This document shows, piece after piece, positions 57,215 to 64,000 of a stretch of 64,000 bases of DNA. How positions within the stretch are numbered: the stretch's first letter is position 1; each line of letters opens with the position of its first letter. Source of the DNA: Candidatus Latescibacterota bacterium. Its GTDB lineage: Bacteria; Latescibacterota; UBA2968; GCA-2709665. The notes beneath the pieces are model-generated. The model was given only the letters and a program-made list of their open reading frames with translations, was not told the DNA's origin and did no database searches. The position numbers and the translations under genes were made by a program. The stretch lies in contig CBDDDZ010000005.1 of the NCBI GenBank assembly GCA_965226795.1, forward strand, positions 2,784,001 to 2,848,000, written 5' to 3'.

Positions 57215-58675
57215 ATGCACGCGCTCGAACCCTGTCCGCTATTCATCAACGGGGAATGGGTCGTCTCCACCGGGACTGATACCGAACCGGTCTACAACCC
57301 CTCGGAAGGTACACAGATTTCCGCCACACCGATGTGCGGCGCCGCTGAAATTGACAGCGCCGTCAGGGCCGCAAGCGGGGCCTTTCCCGCCTGGGCCGAA
57401 ACCCCGGCCGTCGAACGCGCCCGGCTCATGTTCCGTTTCAAGGAGCTTCTGGAGAAACACTTCGAGGATCTTTCCCGGATCGTCACCCGTGAAAACGGAA
57501 AAACCCCGGACGAGTCCAGGGGTTCGGTCCGGCGTGGGATCGAAGTCGTGGAATTCGCCTGCGGGGCGCCATCTCTCCTGATGGGACAAGCCCTGGAGAA
57601 CATCGCGGCCAGCATCGACTGCGACACGATCCGGCAGCCTGTGGGCGTCTGTGCGGCCATCACCCCGTTCAATTTCCCCGTCATGGTGCCGCTGTGGACC
57701 CTGCCGATCGCCCTCGTCTGCGGAAACACCTTCGTTCTCAAACCCTCCGAAAAGGTACCCCTGAGCGCCATCCGCATGGTGGAACTCCTGGTGGAGGCGG
57801 GCCTGCCCCCCGGCGTGCTGAATCTCGTCCACGGCGGCCGCGAAGCCGTGGATGCGCTGCTCAACCATCCCGACGTCCGAACCGTCTCCTTCGTGGGATC
57901 TACCCCCGTGGCCCGTTATATCTATGAAACCGCCACGCAAAACGGCAAACGCGTGCAATCGGCCGGGGGCGCCAAGAACTATATGGTCGTCCTTCCGGAT
58001 GCCGAACCGGACGCCACCATTAACGCCATTATGGGCTCTGCTTACGGCTGCGCCGGAGAGCGGTGCATGGCCGGCAGCGTCCTCGTGTGCGCCCACGACG
58101 CCGCCGAACGCTTTCTGCCGCTCCTCAGCGACGCCGCGCGCGGCCTCCGCGTTGGACCTACCGACCGGGATGCCGATGCCGAGATGGGTCCGCTGGTGAC
58201 CCCACAGCACCTGAAAAGAGTGCGCGCTTCCATCCGGACCGGCCTTTCCGAGGGCGCCGATCTGATCGTCGACGGGCGCGACGTGGTCGTGGATGCCTGC
58301 CCCAACGGCTTTTATCTGGGACCGACCGTCTTCGATCGTGTTCAGCCCCGGATGCAGATCGCCCGGGACGAAATTTTCGGCCCCGTACTGTCGGTGATGC
58401 ACACCGATAATCTGGATGCCGCTATCGAGACCTGTAACAACAGCGGTTACGGCAACGCCGCCGTGCTATTTACAGAAAGCGGAGGCGCCGCCCGCGAGTT
58501 CCGCCACCGCATCAACGCCGGCATGGTGGGCATCAACACCGGCGTTCCGGCGCCCATGGCCTTCTTTCCGTTCTCCGGCTGGAACAATTCCTTCTTCGGC
58601 GACTTGCATGTTCAGGGTCACGAAGGCGTCTCCTTCTTCACTCGTCAAAAAGTCACCATCAGCCGCTGGGGATGA
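57215..58675 (+). CDS. mmsA: CoA-acylating methylmalonate/malonate-semialdehyde dehydrogenase
   Basis: RGIEVVEFACG, ITPFNFP.MVP, FVGST, GAKN, AYGCAGERCMA, EIFGP, PFSGW..SFFGD. Confidence 0.92.
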   Translation: MHALEPCPLFINGEWVVSTGTDTEPVYNPSEGTQISATPMCGAAEIDSAVRAASGAFPAWAETPAVERARLMFRFKELLEKHFEDLSRIVTRENGKTPDESRGSVRRGIEVVEFACGAPSLLMGQALENIAASIDCDTIRQPVGVCAAITPFNFPVMVPLWTLPIALVCGNTFVLKPSEKVPLSAIRMVELLVEAGLPPGVLNLVHGGREAVDALLNHPDVRTVSFVGSTPVARYIYETATQNGKRVQSAGGAKNYMVVLPDAEPDATINAIMGSAYGCAGERCMAGSVLVCAHDAAERFLPLLSDAARGLRVGPTDRDADAEMGPLVTPQHLKRVRASIRTGLSEGADLIVDGRDVVVDACPNGFYLGPTVFDRVQPRMQIARDEIFGPVLSVMHTDNLDAAIETCNNSGYGNAAVLFTESGGAAREFRHRINAGMVGINTGVPAPMAFFPFSGWNNSFFGDLHVQGHEGVSFFTRQKVTISRWG

Positions 58676-58678
58676 GCC

Positions 58679-59749
58679 GTGAACAGACGCCTCCAAAAAA
58701 TCTTCTGCGACGTCCTCTCTCTGCCCACGGCGCCCTTTCATGAAAACGCCGTCGCGGCATACATAAGAGCCTTTGCCCGGCGGCGGCGGATCCCGGTGAA
58801 TACAGACCGGTACGGCAACCTCGTCCTTCGGTACACAAACGGCGATCAGGCGGAACCGGTCGCGCTTACGGCCCACATGGACCACCCCGGCTGTGAGATC
58901 CTCAACGCCGACGGACGGAATCTCACCGCACGCTGGTTGGGGGCATGCGACGAGCGCCATTTCCCCGGTGGGCGCCTCACACTCGTCTCGGACGGGGACG
59001 AGATTCCCGGCAGGGCGACCTCGTCGTTGAGCGACGACAAGACCTTTACCGCCCGCGCCGCGCGCCCGCTGCCACAACTCGAAGGCGCCTTCGGCTACTG
59101 GGGCCTCAGACCGGCCGTGTTCGACGGCGGTCTCATCCGGACCAAGGGAGCGGACAACCTGGCGAGCTGCGCCGCCATCCTGGCCACGATGGACCGGCTC
59201 AATCGAACGAAAGCCGCCGCAGACCTGTGGGGGGTCTTCACACGCGCCGAAGAGGTGGGTCTTCTCGGGGCCGGTGGAATCGTACGCGCCCGAACCGTCC
59301 CCCGGAGGGTGCCCATTATCGTACTCGAGACCAGCAAAGCCCTTCCCGGCGCCGAGATCGGCGCCGGACCCGTTATCCGTGTGGGTGACGCGATGAGAGT
59401 ATTCGACCCGCGAGTCGAATACGCCATACACAGCACCGCGCGTGACCTGAAAAAGAAAGAGCGCAATTTCAACTATCAGCGTCAACTGATGAGCGGCGGC
59501 GTCTGCGAAGCGACCCTGTACGTCCTCTACGGCATGACGGTGGGCGCCCTGGCCTTCCCCCTGGGCAACTACCACAACATGGGCAAACGCTGGCCGGCGG
59601 AAGAGATCATTTCCGCATCCGATGCCGCACACATGGTCGACCTTTGCGTCGAACTGGCGCTGAATCCGCCTGTGGGAGAAACCCGCAGCCCAATGAAAAA
59701 ACGCTTTGCGGCCGCCTTCAAATCCAGGGGAAAACGCCTGTTGGCGTAG
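58679..59749 (+). CDS. M20/M28/M42-type metallopeptidase family protein
   Basis: AHMDHPG, ADNLA, FTRAEEVG, GG.CEA, LGNYHN. Confidence 0.82.
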   Translation: MNRRLQKIFCDVLSLPTAPFHENAVAAYIRAFARRRRIPVNTDRYGNLVLRYTNGDQAEPVALTAHMDHPGCEILNADGRNLTARWLGACDERHFPGGRLTLVSDGDEIPGRATSSLSDDKTFTARAARPLPQLEGAFGYWGLRPAVFDGGLIRTKGADNLASCAAILATMDRLNRTKAAADLWGVFTRAEEVGLLGAGGIVRARTVPRRVPIIVLETSKALPGAEIGAGPVIRVGDAMRVFDPRVEYAIHSTARDLKKKERNFNYQRQLMSGGVCEATLYVLYGMTVGALAFPLGNYHNMGKRWPAEEIISASDAAHMVDLCVELALNPPVGETRSPMKKRFAAAFKSRGKRLLA

Positions 59750-59997
59750 GAGACCGGTTTTGTCCCCCGACGGCCCGACACATACTCACTTCCCCTTGTT
59801 CGGTCCGCGACCGGGACTCATTGCTTCCCGCCCCGCTCGGACGTACACCGAACCACCTCCACACATGCCTTCCATACGTCGTCCACTCTGTCGAAATGCA
59901 TCGCCGGGTGCGCTACCCGCCGCGCGCCAGGGCGACCCCCGATGGCCCAACCCCCTAGAGTCCCTGCCGCCAGGCTCGGGTCCGGTACTCTGAGCCT

Positions 59998-61266
59998 ATG
60001 GAATCCTACCTGGATACCCTGCGCCTGTTCAACCGCGACGTCCGGCTGTATCTCGCTGCGACGATCCTCTTCGGCTTCAGCCTATTCGGCGGCATTACCT
60101 CCCTGCTGCTCAACCTCTATATCCTGAGGCTGGGATACGGCCCCACGTTTGTCGGGTGGGTAAACGCCACAGGTGCGTTGTCCTTTGCCGCCTGCAGCCT
60201 TCCGGCCGGGCTCCTGGGGGCCCACTGGGATCCGCGTCGGGTCATGATCGCTGGAATTGCATTCGCCATCGTGGGCAATGGCCTTCTCTCACAGGCTGAA
60301 CTCGTCGTCCCCGGCGCCCCCCGGGACGTGTTTGTTCTGGCCACCAACGCGCTGGGGCTGCTGGGTGTGGCCCTCTACATCGTCAACGGCGCCCCGTATC
60401 TGATGGGCGTTGCCGGAGCGCGGGAGCGGAACCACGTTTTCTCCATGCAGGGCGCCCTCTTCCCGTTGGCCGGCTTTTTCGGAAGCCTTGTCGGCGGCTT
60501 CCTGCCCGGGCGAATCGCCTGGTTGATGAACGTCGCCCCGGACCACCCGGCACCCTTCCGGTACACCCTGCTCGCCGCCTCCACCCTGCTCATTCCGGCC
60601 CTTTTCATCCTCATGGCCACGCGAAAACCCCAAGTCAGGCAACGACAGGTACACGTCGAGGATTCAGACGCGCCGTTCCCGCTGGGGGTCATCGCGCTGA
60701 TCGCTTTGGCCTCGTTACTGCACGTTGCCGGAGAGGGCGCTGTCCGGACCTTCTTCAACGTCTACATGGATGCCGGCCTGCACGTACCGACCTCACTCAT
60801 AGGCACACTGATGGCCACCGGCCAGCTTCTGGCGGTGCCGGCCGCCCTGGCGGTGCCGCTTTTCACGGGCCGCTTCGGCAATCACCACACGGTCGTGTTG
60901 AGCGCCATCTGCACGCCCGCCATGCTGATCCCAATGGCCTTTTTGCCGCACTGGATTCCGGCGGGGTTCTGCTTTATGAATATCGTGGCCCTCGCTGCCA
61001 TACGGCGCCCCGCCTTCGTCGTCTACAACCAGGAGATTGTTTCCCCGCGATGGCGGGCGACCATGTCCGGCGCTTCCTCGATGATGGCTGGCATCGGTTA
61101 TGCGGTCATTGCCATGGGCGGCGGCTACATCATTTCCACCGTCGGATACCATGCTCTCTTCCTGACCAGCGCCGCATTTACCGCGCTCGGCACCTTGATT
61201 TTCTGGGCTCATTTCCGTACCCCGCGGGGCGAGTTCGCCCGGGCGCCAATCAGCAACCCATCCTGA
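59998..61266 (+). CDS. MFS transporter
   Basis: ~12 hydrophobic segments, LLNLYILRLGYG. Confidence 0.88.
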   Translation: MESYLDTLRLFNRDVRLYLAATILFGFSLFGGITSLLLNLYILRLGYGPTFVGWVNATGALSFAACSLPAGLLGAHWDPRRVMIAGIAFAIVGNGLLSQAELVVPGAPRDVFVLATNALGLLGVALYIVNGAPYLMGVAGARERNHVFSMQGALFPLAGFFGSLVGGFLPGRIAWLMNVAPDHPAPFRYTLLAASTLLIPALFILMATRKPQVRQRQVHVEDSDAPFPLGVIALIALASLLHVAGEGAVRTFFNVYMDAGLHVPTSLIGTLMATGQLLAVPAALAVPLFTGRFGNHHTVVLSAICTPAMLIPMAFLPHWIPAGFCFMNIVALAAIRRPAFVVYNQEIVSPRWRATMSGASSMMAGIGYAVIAMGGGYIISTVGYHALFLTSAAFTALGTLIFWAHFRTPRGEFARAPISNPS

Positions 61267-61278
61267 AGGAGACCCGCT

Positions 61279-62172
61279 ATGCAATATCGAACCCTCGGAA
61301 AAACCGGGCTGCGCGTTTCGGAAATCGGCTACGGCGCAGCGCAGATCGGCAACATTAACCTGCCCGAAAACCAGGCTGACCGGGCCCTCAACTCGGTTCT
61401 GGACGCCGGCATCAATTTCATCGACACGGCCGCCATGTACGGACAGAGCGAAGCCCGGATCGGCAAGTTCATATCCCATAGACGGGAGGAATTCGTCCTG
61501 GCCACGAAATGCGGAGACTACGTTGCGGAATCCAACGGTAAACGCGGAATCGTGCGTGACTACAGCCGGGACGGCATCCTGCGTACAATCGACGACAGCC
61601 GAAAAAAGCTGGATATGGACGTGATCGATATCGTCCAGTTTCACGGACTGCCCGATTCGGACGACGATGAACAGGTGGCCTTTGAGGCGCTTCTGGATGC
61701 CAGGGAAAAAGGCTGGACACGTTTCGTCGGCGTTTCGGCAGACGGTCCTTCCGCTGCTGCCGCCGCCCGCCGCTGGGACCTGGACACCCAGGAATTCACC
61801 TACAACATCCTGTACCAGGAATCCGCCGAAAACCTCATGCCGACGCTGAGATCGCAGGGCATGGGGACCATCATCAAGCGCCCCATTTCCAATGCCGTCT
61901 GGGAAAAGACCGTGCGACCCGACGGCGACTATATGGGCGGCCCGTGGGACCGGGCGCAATCCATCCCCCTTGCCGAACTGGCGGGCGAGATGCCCATTCT
62001 CGAATTTGTACTGCGTTTCACGCTCTCGCATCCGGACGTCTGCACCGCCATCATCGGCTCCACGGATCCCGATCACATCCGCGCCAACGTCGGGATCTCC
62101 GACGGTCACCCCTTGTCCGAGGATACCGTACATAAGGCAAGGGCGGCGTTTCAATCGCGATTCGCCGGTTGA
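61279..62172 (+). CDS. Aldo/keto reductase
   Basis: YRTLGKTGLRVSEIGYG, GINFIDTA..YG.SE, ATKCG, IDIVQFH. Confidence 0.92.
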   Translation: MQYRTLGKTGLRVSEIGYGAAQIGNINLPENQADRALNSVLDAGINFIDTAAMYGQSEARIGKFISHRREEFVLATKCGDYVAESNGKRGIVRDYSRDGILRTIDDSRKKLDMDVIDIVQFHGLPDSDDDEQVAFEALLDAREKGWTRFVGVSADGPSAAAAARRWDLDTQEFTYNILYQESAENLMPTLRSQGMGTIIKRPISNAVWEKTVRPDGDYMGGPWDRAQSIPLAELAGEMPILEFVLRFTLSHPDVCTAIIGSTDPDHIRANVGISDGHPLSEDTVHKARAAFQSRFAG

Positions 62173-62559
62173 ATCGGTTAGAGGCAAGAGACCAATCGAA
62201 GGAAAAAACAAATGGGGAAAACCATAATGATGGGTCCTTCTCCCGGACTGTCCGGCCATTTCTATCTTTCTAATTAATTAATTTTTATTATTTTACGCCC
62301 TTTTTCTTTCTCGCCAAGAAACGGTTAGAAAGTAGAGGGAAGAAGTGAGAAGTGTTGATAACATTGTCGGAAGACGCCCCGCATTGGGATTCTCACTAAC
62401 GAGAATGTAGAGACGATTCGACTGGGGAACAAAAAGGACGCCGCAAGGTTCGGGTGGTGAGGTTTGGACCTCTTACCTCTCCCGGCTTTCCTCGTACGGC
62501 ATTTTTGGAACTGCGTTCCCGACGGACACTGCCTTTCCCTTCAACTTTCGATTTTTCTT

Positions 62560-62847
62560 CGTCCTTTTTCTTGTTCGCGCAAGAAAAAGGACCAAAAAGA
62601 ACCGCGCCTGCCTGCCGAGCACGGCTCGGCGCAGGCAGGCCGCTCGGCGCGGAGCCGGTTTTTCCGCGAATTACGCCTGTGACAGTTACGTTCACTACTG
62701 CCCTGCGAACGCGTAGGCACGCTCCAGGCAACGGCGCAAAACGGAATAGCGCGGAAAAACCCCCATCTCCACCACCGATCGCTCCATGGGAAAATTGCAC
62801 GACAGGGCGAGAGAACTGCGCCGCCGCTTCTCCACCGCCGAGCGGCC
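62560..62847. repeat. Structured intergenic repeat, copy B (longer copy)
   Basis: Homologous to 36238-36447; nested inverted repeats; CCTGCC..GGCAGG hairpin inserted at ~62607-62639. Confidence 0.8.
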
Positions 62848-62897
62848 GAGACGAGAACCCGCGAAGCCGCGAAACATTCGCCGCCGCCGTTGGATTT

Positions 62898-62923
62898 GTA
62901 GGGCAACTTTCAAAGTTGCCCAC
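62898..62923. repeat. GTAG-type REP palindrome
   Basis: GTAGGGCAACTTTCAAAGTTGCCCAC. Confidence 0.6.
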
Positions 62924-62981
62924 ACAATGGCGTGGATATCGCTGATTGGCATCGCGTTTCGGTATCGCCAACGCTACGACG

Positions 62982-63029
62982 CGCGGAATCTGTAGGGGCG
63001 ACCGGCCGGTCGCCCCTACAGATTCCGCG
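62982..63029. repeat. Perfect 48-bp palindrome containing a GTAG-type REP
   Basis: CGCGGAATCTGTAGGGGCGACCGG|CCGGTCGCCCCTACAGATTCCGCG. Confidence 0.85.
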
Positions 63030-63214
63030 AATTGACATCGCTGTAGCCATTTCGGGTTGTTCACGGGGCCGACACCGCGTCGAGCGGCCAAATTGAGTCA
63101 CACTGATATCGTATCGCCCGGTATTGAAATACCGGGCGATTAATTTTAACATACTGATTTATAGACATTTATTCTTCACGGATCGACAAATGTCGGATTT
63201 TCCTAAAATTCGGG

Positions 63215-63243
63215 TTGACATATGAACCATCGAAGTGTATTTT
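63215..63243 (+). promoter_or_regulatory. Putative sigma70 promoter in an AT-rich region
   Basis: TTGACA-17nt-TATTTT. Confidence 0.4.
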
Positions 63244-63881
63244 TTTCATTCAAAAATTTTATATATATAACAATCGAACAGTATACAAAATGAACGACGA
63301 ATATGCAGAATTGTTGCCCTATATGCAAAACAGTGAACGAATTTATACTGCCTATCGTCTGTGGCAGCAGTAAAGCGCGCCGTTTGCGTGGATCTGTTTC
63401 GCACGCCAATGGGTAGGGACAATCGATGGTCGAACGAAGCTTTCTGATTCTGTTGGGGCTCATCCTCGCGGTGGCCCCGGTTACGCAGGCATTGAAACCG
63501 CGCCTCGAGGCCGCGCATCCGCGAAAACTATCAGGACCGCAACCTTACGACTATCCACGACGCGCCGGTAGAACACGCGCCTGGTTATCATCTCTGGCAC
63601 ATCTCACTGTCCCAGCGAATTTGCATACCCACAAGGTTTCGACTGGGCGTCGAGAACACATTCAATGAAAAACGACTGGACTATGTTCCCTCGTTGCCCG
63701 GGCGAACGCTCTACGCCGAGTTGATCATGCGTTTCTGATCGTCGTCAAACCCTGAAAGGGAGGAGTCCGTGAAAACCTGACACCCGATGCGCCAGAGAGA
63801 TCAGGCCCTCTCTGCCTGCAGGACACAACGGCACTTCTTTTAAATTTCAACAACTGATACCATTTACATAGCGGGAGGTTT

Positions 63882-64000
63882 ATGAACGGATTTTTCTTGT
63901 GCAGTATCGTTCTGGTGCTCGCGCTGCCTGCGAACATCATGGGCGAGGATGACAAGTCAGTATCCAAACTGAAAATCACGGGATACGGCGAACTCATCTA
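63882..64000 (+). CDS. 5' end of an exported protein, probable outer-membrane beta-barrel/porin (runs off window)
   Basis: GGGAGG RBS; MNGFFLCSIVLVLALPANIMG signal peptide followed by KLKITGYGELI. Confidence 0.65.
   Translation, partial: MNGFFLCSIVLVLALPANIMGEDDKSVSKLKITGYGELI

Noticed and set aside
62396..63152. ORFs over the repeat region (231 aa, 163 aa), and those at 36112-36616
   Set aside because: Translations of the shared non-coding repeat; reading frames are not preserved between copies and no transposase motifs are present
63340..63420. M-box (ykoK) riboswitch suggested by ACGCCAATGGGT
   Set aside because: Other conserved segments such as GTTAGGTGAGGCT are absent

Overview
A 64-kb, gene-dense window from a GC-rich, Gram-negative-type bacterium. 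Repeated C-terminal 'DFDGDG.V.F.DF..FA..FG' dockerin-like modules, three PhyH dioxygenases, a sulfatase, enolase-superfamily genes and futalosine-pathway genes suggest Ca. Latescibacterota or a relative (inference only). Most of the window is housekeeping or carbon-catabolic: truC, a GT9 glycosyltransferase, nagB, ACP, a probable Re-citrate synthase, mqnB/mqnD, queF, kbl, pdxJ, mmsA, MFS transporters and oxidoreductases. No rRNA, tRNA, CRISPR array or intact transposase was recognised. The main points of interest are: (1) a ~1430-aa exported protein with a glucan-water-dikinase-like core (phospho-His domain then ATP-grasp), followed by 37 consecutive prolines, 2x FN3, cohesin, dockerin and cadherin domains; (2) four proteins sharing dockerin/cohesin-like tails, two of them membrane-anchored beta-repeat proteins with only half a dockerin, which may form a non-cellulosomal surface scaffold; (3) a catalytically dead queF copy in tandem upstream of an intact queF, mimicking a split bimodular QueF; (4) an RtcR/CARF-like sigma54 activator upstream of a HAD-enolase-GH3 operon, convergent with a P450; (5) nested non-coding repeats (MITE-like ends, a ~200-bp structured element in two copies, REP palindromes); and (6) three disrupted genes that may be real lesions or assembly artefacts.
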